Shown piece after piece: positions 35,927 to 46,097 of a DNA stretch of 64,000 nt. Origin of the DNA: Bdellovibrionota bacterium (GTDB taxonomy: Bacteria; Bdellovibrionota; UBA1018; CAIPTA01; JAALKR01). Under the pieces are notes generated by a model. It had not been told where the DNA came from and searched no databases. It saw only the letters and a list, made by a program, of their open reading frames with translations. Location of the stretch: assembly GCA_965207455.1 (NCBI GenBank), contig CBDBMJ010000001.1:322514-386513 (forward strand). Direction: 5' to 3'. The first letter of the stretch is position 1. Every line of letters starts with the position of its first letter. Position numbers and translations under genes: made by a program.

Positions 35927-36451
35927 ATGACGTTTATTTTGCCCAAATACCTTCACTCTTCTTCTGCTAAAGCAGGAAATGGGTTTTTAATGGGATTATT
36001 GGTTTTGAATATATTTTTTATTGCAGCAGTTTCCGTAGTTCTTTTCTTAGGACAAAAGCGACAAAAAGAATTGCAAAATATTAACCAAATAGTTCGATCG
36101 GCAGAGCAAGAAGAATCAGATGATAAAAACGTGAAGAATAGAGAGATTGAAGCTCGATTTTTTGATATGGGTGACTTTACAGTGAATTTAAGTGGTTCTG
36201 GTCCAGCACATTATGTTCGACTTAAATTAAGTTTTGAATTAGGCAAAAATATTCAAGAAACGGAAATGAAGAGAAGATCTCCGCAAATTAGAGATAAAAT
36301 TATAACCATTCTAAACAGCAAGCGTCATCAGGATTTACAATCAAAAGATGGAAGATTTTTTCTAAAAGAAGAGATTGAAATAGCAGTTAATACATTTTTG
36401 CAAACAGGAAAAGTGCAGGGAGTTTATTTCTCTACATTTGTTTTTGAATAG
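35927..36451 (+). CDS. fliL: flagellar basal body-associated protein FliL
   Basis: ~175 aa from the ATG at 35927 (RBS CAGGAG). A single N-terminal TM (LMGLLVLNIFFIAAVSVVLFL) plus a periplasmic domain. Position before fliM. Confidence 0.7.
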   Translation: MTFILPKYLHSSSAKAGNGFLMGLLVLNIFFIAAVSVVLFLGQKRQKELQNINQIVRSAEQEESDDKNVKNREIEARFFDMGDFTVNLSGSGPAHYVRLKLSFELGKNIQETEMKRRSPQIRDKIITILNSKRHQDLQSKDGRFFLKEEIEIAVNTFLQTGKVQGVYFSTFVFE

Positions 36452-36463
36452 GAGTATTGGGTT

Positions 36464-37456
36464 ATGGGCCAGATGTTGAGTCAAAATGAGATAGATGCAT
36501 TATTAGATGCAGTAATGTTGCCTGAAGAATCAAACAATATTAGTTCTAGTAGTGAGAAAAATCACAGCGCAGTCAATGTAACACCTTACGATTTAGGTAA
36601 TCAAGATAGGGTAATACGAGGAAGAATGATTACCTTTGATGTAATCTATGAGCGTTTCATTCGATTATTTAGGATCAATTTATCTTCTTCACTTAGGAAA
36701 ATTGCTTCATTGAGTATTTTATCCACAGATTTAATGAAATTTGGAGAATTTCTGAATACTCTTCCCATTCCATCTTGTATTGGTGTAATGCGATTTGAAT
36801 CTTTACGAGGTTCTGGTCTCATTGTATTAGAGACAAAATTAGTTTATGCTCTCATAAATTCTTATTTTGGTGGCTCTGATCATAGCAGTAAAAAAGGAGA
36901 TGGGAAGGAATACACTCGAATTGAATTATCCATTTTAGAAAAAGTAATTAAAACAGCTATTTCTGATTTAAATGAAGCATGGGAGCCAGTACATAAAACT
37001 GATATTTCTTTTACAAGACTTGAAGTGAATCCTCAATTTGTTAGCTTGATTCCTCCATCTGACGTGGTTGTTTCCACTGCGTTTGAAGTAGAGCTTGAGA
37101 ATACTTCTGGAACTATTTCAATAGTGATTCCTTACTCTACATTAGATCCAATTAAGAAAAAATTGCATGCTGGATTTCAGCCAGATGGCGAGAAATTTGA
37201 AAAAGTTTGGGCAGAACAAGTTGGAAATCATCTTGATGATACAAAATTAAATAGTAAGGTTTGTTTAGGAGAAGCCGATCTCACTATTTTTGATTTAATT
37301 AGTTTAAATTTAGGAGATACTGTTCTTTTGGATAGAAATGCAGATGAAGAATTAGATTTAAAAGTTGAAAATATTCCTAAATTTAAGTGCATTTTAGGAA
37401 ATTCTAAGGGAAATAAGGCAATTCAAATTACCAGAAAAATAAATAATAGGAGATAA
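36464..37456 (+). CDS. fliM: flagellar motor switch protein FliM
   Basis: 330 aa. N-terminal LSQNEIDALL (the CheY-P binding motif of FliM), a middle domain and a C-terminal SpoA-like region. Confidence 0.85.
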   Translation: MGQMLSQNEIDALLDAVMLPEESNNISSSSEKNHSAVNVTPYDLGNQDRVIRGRMITFDVIYERFIRLFRINLSSSLRKIASLSILSTDLMKFGEFLNTLPIPSCIGVMRFESLRGSGLIVLETKLVYALINSYFGGSDHSSKKGDGKEYTRIELSILEKVIKTAISDLNEAWEPVHKTDISFTRLEVNPQFVSLIPPSDVVVSTAFEVELENTSGTISIVIPYSTLDPIKKKLHAGFQPDGEKFEKVWAEQVGNHLDDTKLNSKVCLGEADLTIFDLISLNLGDTVLLDRNADEELDLKVENIPKFKCILGNSKGNKAIQITRKINNRR

Positions 37457-37460
37457 AATC

Positions 37461-37841
37461 ATGAGCGATACTAATTCTGCAAAAAAAGATGAAGAAATAA
37501 AAGAAAATATTCCAGAGAAAGATTTTTCTAATTTAGATAATGAAAAGAAAATAGCTGAAAAAAAAATAAATAGCAATGATATACGAAGTTTGGATTTTAT
37601 ATTAGACATCCCATTAAAGGTGAGTGTTGAAGTTGGTCATACGAAAATATTGGTTAGAGATTTACTTCAATTGGGGCAGGGTTCAGTTGTGGAGTTAACT
37701 AAATTTGCTGGAGAGCCTTTAGAGATGCTAGTGAATGATAAATTAATCGCTAGAGGTGAAGTTGTTGTAGTTAATGAAAAATTTGGATTAAGACTTACAG
37801 ATATCATTTCGCCAGAAGACCGTGTAGAGCAATTAAGATAA
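37461..37841 (+). CDS. fliN: flagellar motor switch protein FliN
   Basis: 126 aa. C-terminal SpoA domain …LDIPLKVSVEVGHTKILVRDLLQLGQGSVVELTKFAGEPLEMLVNDKLIARGEVVVVNEKFGLRL…. Confidence 0.8.
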   Translation: MSDTNSAKKDEEIKENIPEKDFSNLDNEKKIAEKKINSNDIRSLDFILDIPLKVSVEVGHTKILVRDLLQLGQGSVVELTKFAGEPLEMLVNDKLIARGEVVVVNEKFGLRLTDIISPEDRVEQLR

Positions 37842-37867
37842 TATTTTAGGATGTCAGGAGGACACCG

Positions 37868-38836
37868 ATGAGGAAATTCAAGACGAATTTATTTAGTGAA
37901 AAATTATTATTTTTTCTTTCTAAGTTAGCTTTATTTTTTGTTTGTTTTATTATTTGTTTATGGATGATTTCAGGCGCAAAAGCTGCTGAACAGAGAATTG
38001 ATAAAATAGATGTTATCCATAGCAGCCCAGAAAAATCCATAGTTGAGATTGTTTTCAACTCTCCAATTCAAGAAGACAAGATAACAGCAAGTTTTGATAG
38101 AGATTTCATTCAGTTTTCTTTACAAGATGTTAGTGCCTATCCCTCTAAATTAGAGAAAGTTGCTGGTGGGAAAGTTAGAAAGATATATTCTTATCAATAT
38201 AAACCAAATATTTCAAGAACTAGAATTTTCTTCGATGAGAAAGCTGAGAAAATTAAAAAATATGTCCATTGGGTTATAGATGGGAATAAAATAAAGATTG
38301 AAATTAAATCAGAAGATCTTTTAAAAACAGTCAAAAGCTCCATATTAGAAGAGGAATTTACTGCAGAAGAGGAATTGCTATTTAGTTCTTTAAGTAAAAA
38401 AAATGATCTCTCCCCCACTAAAGAAAACGAAGGAAATAAGAATATTTATAGTAAAAATATGGAAATGATATACGCTTTGTTGTTTGTTGTTTTTTGCATT
38501 GGGGCAGTTTCATTTTTATTAAGAAAAATCATGAAAAATAAAGGACTCAAGGTTGCTAAAAGAAAGGTAATGATCAATGTCCTGGGAAGTCATACCCTAT
38601 CACAAGGAAAAGAAATAAGTGTTATAAAAGTTGGTGAGCAGTATATGGTTATTGGCGTTACTAATCATAATATTAATTTAATTAAATCAATCGAAGCTGA
38701 TTTTAATGAGAACGATTCTTTTGATTCTGTTTTTAAGGAAGTTTCTGCCAAAGATAAGAATGAAGAAGTCATTCAGGATATGAGTGTCATTAGCTCTATA
38801 AAGAGAAAAATAAGAGGGTTTAAGCAGTTAAATTAA
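37868..38836 (+). CDS. fliO: FliO/FliZ-family flagellar export protein with an extra ~200-aa N-terminal domain
   Basis: 322 aa. The C-terminal part has a TM ([18 protein letters not shown]) followed by …[40 protein letters not shown]… (FliO-like). Position between fliN and fliP. Confidence 0.5.
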   Translation: MRKFKTNLFSEKLLFFLSKLALFFVCFIICLWMISGAKAAEQRIDKIDVIHSSPEKSIVEIVFNSPIQEDKITASFDRDFIQFSLQDVSAYPSKLEKVAGGKVRKIYSYQYKPNISRTRIFFDEKAEKIKKYVHWVIDGNKIKIEIKSEDLLKTVKSSILEEEFTAEEELLFSSLSKKNDLSPTKENEGNKNIYSKNMEMIYALLFVVFCIGAVSFLLRKIMKNKGLKVAKRKVMINVLGSHTLSQGKEISVIKVGEQYMVIGVTNHNINLIKSIEADFNENDSFDSVFKEVSAKDKNEEVIQDMSVISSIKRKIRGFKQLN

Positions 38837-38840
38837 ATTA

Positions 38841-39599
38841 ATGATTAAAAAAAATATTTTATTAGCTATGATGGTTTTGCTTGGAATCCTATTTTTGGGG
38901 ACTGCTGTATCAGCTCAGGGAGTGAAAATCCCATCAATTAATATCAGCATGGCAGATGGGAAGCCAGCAGATATGGTGGCAGCTATTAAAATTATTATCA
39001 TGCTTACTATATTGTCTTTGGCGCCAGCTATTTTGATTATGATGACTTCTTTTACTCGAATAGTTGTTGTTTTATCATTCCTTCGTCAAGCGTTATCCAC
39101 TCAGCATATGCCACCAAATCAGATCATAATAGGCTTGGCACTTTTTCTTTCCTTTTTTGTAATGGCGCCAGTATTTTCAGATATAAATGATAAAGCAATT
39201 AAGCCTTATATGGATAAAAAAATCGATCAATCCTCGGCAATAAAGAATGCGGAAATGCCATTGAGAAAATTTATGTTTTCTCAAACAAGAGAAAGAGATT
39301 TAGTATTATTTTTAGATTTAGCAAAAGTAAAAAATGCGAAAAAGAAGAAAGATGTGCCTACCTGGGTTCTTATTCCAGCTTTTATTATTAGTGAACTGAA
39401 GATGGCATTTCAGATTGGATTTATGCTATATTTGCCATTTTTAATAATTGACATGGTAATTGCCAGTGTTCTTATGGCTATGGGTATGATGATGTTGCCT
39501 CCAGTGGTGATTTCATTGCCTTTTAAATTACTTTTATTTGTTTTAGTTGATGGTTGGGAGCTAGTAACAGGATCCCTTGTTAGATCTTTTGGTGGTTAG
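38841..39599 (+). CDS. fliP: flagellar export apparatus protein FliP
   Basis: 252 aa. Signal peptide, then highly conserved …[15 protein letters not shown]… and …[32 protein letters not shown]…. Confidence 0.9.
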   Translation: MIKKNILLAMMVLLGILFLGTAVSAQGVKIPSINISMADGKPADMVAAIKIIIMLTILSLAPAILIMMTSFTRIVVVLSFLRQALSTQHMPPNQIIIGLALFLSFFVMAPVFSDINDKAIKPYMDKKIDQSSAIKNAEMPLRKFMFSQTRERDLVLFLDLAKVKNAKKKKDVPTWVLIPAFIISELKMAFQIGFMLYLPFLIIDMVIASVLMAMGMMMLPPVVISLPFKLLLFVLVDGWELVTGSLVRSFGG

Positions 39600-39613
39600 A
39601 GGAGTGAAATATT

Positions 39614-39883
39614 ATGACAGAAGAAATGATTTTGAGTTTAAGCAGGGAAACTATATTTACTACACTATTAGTTGCAGGTCCTATTTTAGCAATGGCTCTA
39701 ATAACAGGTCTTTTTATCAGTATCATTCAAGCCATTACTCAAATAAATGAAGCAACCTTAACTTTTATACCAAAAATACTGGCAATCGTCCTAACAGTTT
39801 TAATCATGTCTCCTTGGATGACTGAAGTTATGACAAATTATACAAGAGAATTGATTATCTCAGTTCCAGATAGAGTTAGGTAA
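39614..39883 (+). CDS. fliQ: flagellar export apparatus protein FliQ
   Basis: 89 aa with two TMs. …LLVAGPILAMALITGLFISIIQAITQINE… is a FliQ signature. Confidence 0.85.
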   Translation: MTEEMILSLSRETIFTTLLVAGPILAMALITGLFISIIQAITQINEATLTFIPKILAIVLTVLIMSPWMTEVMTNYTRELIISVPDRVR

Positions 39884-39895
39884 TAGAGGTTATTT

Positions 39896-40687
39896 TTGAA
39901 TATATATGATTTTGATTACGCACATTTCATTCTTTTTTTCGGCGCTTTTGTGCGCATATCTGCTTTCATGCTGGTCTTACCAATATTCAGCAATAATGCT
40001 ATACCATCATTAGTAAAAATTCTTCTATCTTTTTCATTATTAGTCATATTATTTCCATCTATTCAAATTGGTTTCGCTAATGGTGTTCCTCGGATGGATT
40101 CTTTAGGTGATATTTTTGTTTTAGTGGCAAAAGAATTATTTGTTGGACTAACAGTTGGATTTTTAGCTAAACTCATTTTTGAATCTATTGCTTTTGGCTT
40201 TTCTTATCTTGGACTGCAGATGGGATTTGGATTTTCTTCTTTGTATGATCCAAACACTGAAGCAAATACACCAGTAGTTTCTAAATTTCTTATGGTAATT
40301 GTTTCTTTATTATTTATTACATTTGATGGACATTACATGATTATCCTATCCATATCTGAAACCTTTAATGTGGTCCCATTAGGAAAAGTTTTTATACAAA
40401 AAGATATTTTTTCTTATGTTATTGAAACTGGTTCCCAACTTTTTTTAATTGCAGTTAAATTGGGAGCGCCAATGGCACTTATTATTTTTTTAATGAATAT
40501 AACCTTTGGAGTAATTGCTAGAGCTGTTCCTCAGATAAATGTTTTAATTTTAAGTTTTACAATTAATATTTTAGTAGGATTTCTTGTTTTAATTGTGATG
40601 ATTCCATCATTAGGCACCAATGTGGAAACTATTATGGGCGAGATGTTTATGAGAGTTTTAGGTGCTTTGAGGTATCTCCATGCCTGA
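39896..40687 (+). CDS. fliR: flagellar export apparatus protein FliR
   Basis: 263-aa polytopic membrane protein in the position between fliQ and flhB. Confidence 0.8.
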   Translation: MNIYDFDYAHFILFFGAFVRISAFMLVLPIFSNNAIPSLVKILLSFSLLVILFPSIQIGFANGVPRMDSLGDIFVLVAKELFVGLTVGFLAKLIFESIAFGFSYLGLQMGFGFSSLYDPNTEANTPVVSKFLMVIVSLLFITFDGHYMIILSISETFNVVPLGKVFIQKDIFSYVIETGSQLFLIAVKLGAPMALIIFLMNITFGVIARAVPQINVLILSFTINILVGFLVLIVMIPSLGTNVETIMGEMFMRVLGALRYLHA

Positions 40688-41765
40688 AGCAAATGATAAT
40701 GACGATTCAGAAAATAAAACCGAAGAACCCACGGCGCAGCGCTATGAGGATTTCCGAAAAGAAGGTCAAGTAGCGCAGTCTAGGGAGTTAAATGCGTTTA
40801 TTGTACTGATTTCATGTGTTTTAGTTATTTATTTAGGTTCTCCATCTTTTTTAGTTAATTTTTTAGAAGTTTGTAGAAATTTATTCAAAACCAGCGCAAC
40901 GATTGCTTTTACAGATGTTGAAATTAAAAGAGTATTAATGACAGTTTTTAAAAGTATATTATTCACTGTACTTCCTGTGGCAATAGTGGGGTTTTTGGCA
41001 GGAATTTTAGGAAGTATTTTACAAATAGGATTTAATTTATCTTGGAAACCTTTAGAACCAAATATTGAAAAAATAAATCCAATAAAAGGATTAAAGAAGA
41101 TATTTTCAATGACTTCTGTTGTGGAAGGTATAAAATCAATTTTAAAAATAGGTGGAATCTCTTATATTGCTTATTTAATTATTTCAAACTCTATTCTTAC
41201 TTCATTCAGTATGACAGATTTAGATACAAATACTTTTATTACTTATATTGGCAGTACTGGATTTAAAATGATAGGAGCCATATCAATAGCATTATTTGTT
41301 ATTTCCATGGGGGATTTACTTTATAAGAAATATGAATATAGACAAAAATTAATGATGACAAGGAAAGAGATAAAGGATGAGCTAAAAGAACGAGAAGGTG
41401 ACTCACTGTTAAGAGCGAGAGTTCGAAGTGTGCAAAGAGAAATGGCACAAAAAAGAATGATGGATAATATACCTGATTCCGATGTTATTGTTACTAACCC
41501 TACCCATATAGCGGTAGCGATTAAATATGACAATGAAAATATGGCAGCTCCCAGAGTAGTGGCCAAGGGAGCGGATCATTTGGCTGAAAAAATCAAAAGT
41601 ATTGCAAAAAAATCTAATATTCCAAGGGTGGAAAATGTGCTTTTGGCTCGAACATTGCATAAGCATGTAGAAGTGGGTCAATACATACCTAGAAATCTTT
41701 ATGAAGCAGTAGCAAAGGTTTTAGCTTATGTATATGGTCTTAAAGGAAAAGTAATAGGTCGATAA
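40680..41765 (+). CDS. flhB: flagellar export apparatus protein FlhB
   Basis: 361 aa. N-terminal …KTEEPTAQRYEDFRKEGQVAQSRE… and the NPTH autocleavage motif (…VIVTNPTHIAVAI…). Confidence 0.9.
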   Translation: MPEANDNDDSENKTEEPTAQRYEDFRKEGQVAQSRELNAFIVLISCVLVIYLGSPSFLVNFLEVCRNLFKTSATIAFTDVEIKRVLMTVFKSILFTVLPVAIVGFLAGILGSILQIGFNLSWKPLEPNIEKINPIKGLKKIFSMTSVVEGIKSILKIGGISYIAYLIISNSILTSFSMTDLDTNTFITYIGSTGFKMIGAISIALFVISMGDLLYKKYEYRQKLMMTRKEIKDELKEREGDSLLRARVRSVQREMAQKRMMDNIPDSDVIVTNPTHIAVAIKYDNENMAAPRVVAKGADHLAEKIKSIAKKSNIPRVENVLLARTLHKHVEVGQYIPRNLYEAVAKVLAYVYGLKGKVIGR

Positions 41766-41780
41766 GGAGTAAATTGCTAA

Positions 41781-43886
41781 GTGTCTGAACTTCAAGGAAA
41801 AAATACTTTCTTTTCTGTAACAAAAAGTGCAGATTTGAGCGTTGCTGTCGGTCTGATAGGAATTTTGGTTTTGATGGTAATGCCCCTTCCCGCCTTCATT
41901 ATCGATATTTTTTTGGCGCTTTCAATTGGTGGAAGTATCCTTCTTTTGCTTACAGCGGTATATGCTAGGCGTCCGTTGGATTTCAGTGTATTGCCGTCCA
42001 TACTTTTGACGGCAACATTGTTTCGCTTAGCTTTAAACGTAGCCTCTACACGTTTAGTGTTATTAAATGGCCCAACTGAGGGGGCTGCAGCAGCTGGAAA
42101 TATTATTCAGAGCTTTGGGGAATTTGTTGTTGGCGGTAATTACGCAGTCGGTATCATTATCTTCATTATATTAGTAATTATCAATTTTGTTGTAATTACA
42201 AAAGGAGCTGGTCGGGTAGCTGAGGTGGCAGCTAGATTTACCTTGGATGCCATGCCAGGTAAGCAAATGGCTATTGATGCGGACTTAAACGCAGGTGCCA
42301 TATCGGAGAAGGAAGCCAAAGAGAGGCGAGAGACCATATCTAAAGAGGCTGACTTTTATGGAGCAATGGATGGTGCCTCTAAGTTTGTGCGAGGAGATGC
42401 CATTGCAGGCATCTTAATCGTTCTTGTGAATATTGTTGGCGGTATTATTATAGGAACGATTCAAAATGGAATGAGTATTTCTGATGCTGCTTCTGTTTTT
42501 GTACTTTTAACGGTGGGAGATGGTCTAGTAACTCAAATACCTGCATTAATAATTTCCACGGCAGCAGGTATAGTGGTTACCCATGCTAGCGGCTCTCAGG
42601 ATTTGGGTGGTGAGGTTCGATCTCAGATGATGTCCCAGCCAAAATCATTGGCTATTGCTTCTTTAGTAATGGCTTTTATTGGGCTTATTCCAGGGCTTCC
42701 TGCCTTTCCATTTCTTTTTATCAGTGGTTGTTTGGCCTATATTTTTCATCGAGTAACGAAAAGCAAACGGAAAGAAGAGGAAATGAAACTTCAAAGAGAA
42801 TCCATGGAACAGGAGAAATCTGCTGAAAATAAAATTGAAAAACTGTTGGCAATGGACGTATTGGAGTTGGAGGTAGGATATGGTCTTGTTAATATTGTCG
42901 ATCCAGATCAAGGCGGTGAATTACTTAGTAGAATCAATCAAATCAGGAGGCAGTTCGCTTTAGAATTTGGAATTATTATTCCCTCATTACGGATTAGAGA
43001 TAATTTACAATTAAACCCAGGTGAATATAATTTTATTTTAAAAGGAGTTTCTTGTGGTAGGGCTGATTTGGTTACAGATCATTTACTTGCCATGGATCCG
43101 GGAAGTGTTGTGGAATCAGTACCAGGTATTGATACAAAAGAGCCTGCGTTTGGTTTACCTGCAATTTGGATTAATCCAAATAATAAAGAATTAGCTCAAA
43201 TGAATGGCTATACGGTTGTAGATATTTCTACTGTTATAGCCACACATATTACGGAGTTATTAAGAAAGCATTTATATACATTGTTGGGTCGTCAAGAGCT
43301 TCAGACTTTACTGGATGGTATTAAAGAGGAATATCCAAAAGTTGTTGAGGATTTAATTCCTGGAATTCTTCCGGTTGGTACAATTTTAAAGGTACTGCAG
43401 AATTTGCTCCATGAAGGTGTTCCCATTCGTGATTTGAGGACTATATTAGAAATTCTTGCAGATGAAGGGGCTAGCTCTAAAGATGTGATTCTGCTTACAG
43501 AGCGCGTGCGCTGCGGCCTTCAGAGGACAATATGCTCCCGCTTGGTGAATGAGGATAAGGAAATTCATATTTTAACATTAGAGAGGCAAATTGAAGAAAA
43601 TATTGCCAATTCTATAATAAAAACGGAATCAGGTGTGGAAATTTCTCCTGATCCAGATTTTGTTCAGAAACTTTTAGGTGCTCTGAATGTGGATGTGGCT
43701 CGTTCCATAGAAGAATATTCCCAATCTATTGTGTTGTGCTCACCATCAGTGAGGTATCACTTAAAGAAATTAATTGAGAGATTTATCCCGAATTTAATAG
43801 TTTTATCTCATGATGAGATATCCCCAGAAGTAAATTTAAAGTCAATTGGAATAGTGAGGTTAAATAATGCAAGTCAAGAAATTTGA
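41781..43886 (+). CDS. flhA: flagellar export apparatus protein FlhA
   Basis: 701 aa, GTG start. N-terminal 8-TM region with the conserved FHIPG-like loop region (…DAMPGKQMAIDADLNAGAISEKEAKERR…) and a cytoplasmic C-terminal domain. Confidence 0.9.
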   Translation: MSELQGKNTFFSVTKSADLSVAVGLIGILVLMVMPLPAFIIDIFLALSIGGSILLLLTAVYARRPLDFSVLPSILLTATLFRLALNVASTRLVLLNGPTEGAAAAGNIIQSFGEFVVGGNYAVGIIIFIILVIINFVVITKGAGRVAEVAARFTLDAMPGKQMAIDADLNAGAISEKEAKERRETISKEADFYGAMDGASKFVRGDAIAGILIVLVNIVGGIIIGTIQNGMSISDAASVFVLLTVGDGLVTQIPALIISTAAGIVVTHASGSQDLGGEVRSQMMSQPKSLAIASLVMAFIGLIPGLPAFPFLFISGCLAYIFHRVTKSKRKEEEMKLQRESMEQEKSAENKIEKLLAMDVLELEVGYGLVNIVDPDQGGELLSRINQIRRQFALEFGIIIPSLRIRDNLQLNPGEYNFILKGVSCGRADLVTDHLLAMDPGSVVESVPGIDTKEPAFGLPAIWINPNNKELAQMNGYTVVDISTVIATHITELLRKHLYTLLGRQELQTLLDGIKEEYPKVVEDLIPGILPVGTILKVLQNLLHEGVPIRDLRTILEILADEGASSKDVILLTERVRCGLQRTICSRLVNEDKEIHILTLERQIEENIANSIIKTESGVEISPDPDFVQKLLGALNVDVARSIEEYSQSIVLCSPSVRYHLKKLIERFIPNLIVLSHDEISPEVNLKSIGIVRLNNASQEI

Positions 43887-45192
43887 AGCTCCAACCATAC
43901 AGGAAGCCATTAATGTTATTAAGCGTGAAATGGGTCCAAATGCGATTATTTTGTCTAAAAAAGAGCATAAAAAAGGTTTTGGATTAATGAGTAAAAAATC
44001 TATTGAGGTTACAGCAGCGGTCTCAAATGAAGAAATAGAAAAGAAAAATTTAATTGAAAGAGATTTACCAGAGAAAGATAAAAAGGAGATTTGGAGTAAG
44101 ACTGTAAAAAAACAAAAGAAAGTGTATGGAAATTATTTTGAAAATCAATTATCGAATCAAGATAAAGACAGCATTGAAATAAGTTCTTTGGCTAAAGATA
44201 AATCTCAAGAAGTAGTTACTCAGAAAAGATATGCTTATATTGATGGGGATGATATCGAGCCCATAAGTGAAGGAGAGGAAAATATTGACTCTTTATTAAA
44301 AGAGGTAAATGGATTGAAACAAGTGGTTCGAGATATGGCTGCGGATCGAAAAAAAGTTCAATATCAAGATTCCCCTGATTTATCTAATATGGATTGGAGT
44401 GATGAACTAATAGAGGCTTATCACATGCTTGCTAATTCAGGTATGAAAAAAAGTTATGTTCGTGAGCTTATTCAAGAGGTGAATTTTGATTTAAAAGATT
44501 CAGATTATACAAATAAGGAACTGGTTCAAGAAAGATTAGCTACATGTTTGATGAAAAAAGTAACAATAGCGGATCCATTGAAGAATGTGGGTGCTATATC
44601 AGGTACTTCTGATCCCTCTATTATTGCCATAATAGGCCCCACAGGTGTGGGAAAAACAACCACGATAGCAAAGATTGCAAGCAAGGCCACTGCTAAAAAT
44701 ATCAGAGTAGGTCTGGTGAATTTAGATTCTTATAAAATTGGTGCTGCAGATCAATTATCTATGTATTCAAAATTAATGAAGCTCCCTTTTCGAAATACAA
44801 GAAAAAAAGAAGAGTTACAGCAGATTTTATATGATTTCAGTTCATTAGATTTAATCTTGGTTGATACAGTTGGCTCGAGTCAAAAGGATCAAGATAAATT
44901 AGCAGAAATAAAGGGGTTGCTTTCTTCTATTTCGGGAATTAAATCTTTGTTAGTTTTAAGTGCATCTACTAGAGGTTCTGATGTTTCTGACATTGTTAAA
45001 AGATATAGTATACTTCAACCTCAAGGGGTGATTTTTTCTAAGCTAGATGAAACCAGTGCTTTTGGTTCCATGTTTAATATTCATTTGTCTTCTAAATTGC
45101 CATTAAGTTATTTTTGTGTGGGGCAAAAGGTTCCGGATGACATTGAAATGGCAAGTTCAGAGAGATTGGCAGATTTAATTTTAGATTTATAG
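43867..45192 (+). CDS. flhF: flagellar placement GTPase FlhF (SRP-type)
   Basis: 441 aa. G-domain IAIIGPTGVGKTTTIAK, DTVG and SKLDET (SRP-GTPase motifs). Confidence 0.8.
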   Translation: MQVKKFEAPTIQEAINVIKREMGPNAIILSKKEHKKGFGLMSKKSIEVTAAVSNEEIEKKNLIERDLPEKDKKEIWSKTVKKQKKVYGNYFENQLSNQDKDSIEISSLAKDKSQEVVTQKRYAYIDGDDIEPISEGEENIDSLLKEVNGLKQVVRDMAADRKKVQYQDSPDLSNMDWSDELIEAYHMLANSGMKKSYVRELIQEVNFDLKDSDYTNKELVQERLATCLMKKVTIADPLKNVGAISGTSDPSIIAIIGPTGVGKTTTIAKIASKATAKNIRVGLVNLDSYKIGAADQLSMYSKLMKLPFRNTRKKEELQQILYDFSSLDLILVDTVGSSQKDQDKLAEIKGLLSSISGIKSLLVLSASTRGSDVSDIVKRYSILQPQGVIFSKLDETSAFGSMFNIHLSSKLPLSYFCVGQKVPDDIEMASSERLADLILDL

Positions 45193-45219
45193 CAATTACA
45201 TAAAAAGGAGGGATATTTT

Positions 45220-46077
45220 TTGGAATCAAAACAAAATAAAAGTGAGAATAAAAAGAAATTATGGAATGGAGAGGACTTCATGCGTATTATTTCTGTTACT
45301 AGTGGAAAAGGCGGTGTTGGAAAATCAAATATTGTTTTGAATCTTGGAATAGCAATAAGAAAAATGGGATTGCGTGTATTGATATTAGATGGAGATTTTG
45401 GATTGGCTAATATTGATATATTAATGAACTTAAATATAAATGCTACTTTGTTTGATGTTTTAAAGAAAGATAAGAGCATTGATGAAATCATTTATAAAAG
45501 TAAATACGGCATAGATATTATTCCATCTAGCTCTGGAATGTTGAGTATGACAAATTTATCTATTCATGAGAAGGCGCAGTTTTTAAATTGCATGAAAGAG
45601 CTTGAATGTAAATATGACGTACTACTTATGGATACTGGTGCAGGAATAAATAGTGATATGATTTATTTAAATACTTCAGCAGATGATATTTTTGTTGTTA
45701 CTACTGGAGAGCCAACGTCAATAACAGATGCATATGCTGTTATAAAAATCCTTCATAAGGAATACAAAATTAAAAAAGTAAATTTATTAGTAAATCAAGT
45801 TCGAGATGATAATGAGGGTCTTGCCATATACAATAGAATTCATGAAGTTAGTGATAGATTTTTAAATGTTAGAATTGACTATCTTGGTTCTGTGAGATGG
45901 GATTCAAATGTAGTCGATTCTGTAAAAACGAGTCATCCATTTTTATCAAAATATCCAAATGGAATGGCTTCTTTGAATTGCAAAGAAATAGCAAGAAAAG
46001 TGTACCGCACTCAACATGAAAATAATTTTCATTTAAGTAAGAAATGTTTTTGGTCGGCTTTAGTGGATAGAGCTTAA
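45220..46077 (+). CDS. flhG: MinD/ParA-type ATPase FlhG (FleN/YlxH)
   Basis: Deviant Walker A SGKGGVGKS. Follows flhF. The start is possibly at the downstream ATG (MRIISV…, 45283). Confidence 0.75.
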   Translation: MESKQNKSENKKKLWNGEDFMRIISVTSGKGGVGKSNIVLNLGIAIRKMGLRVLILDGDFGLANIDILMNLNINATLFDVLKKDKSIDEIIYKSKYGIDIIPSSSGMLSMTNLSIHEKAQFLNCMKELECKYDVLLMDTGAGINSDMIYLNTSADDIFVVTTGEPTSITDAYAVIKILHKEYKIKKVNLLVNQVRDDNEGLAIYNRIHEVSDRFLNVRIDYLGSVRWDSNVVDSVKTSHPFLSKYPNGMASLNCKEIARKVYRTQHENNFHLSKKCFWSALVDRA

Positions 46078-46097
46078 TAAATTAATGGAGGATTAAA

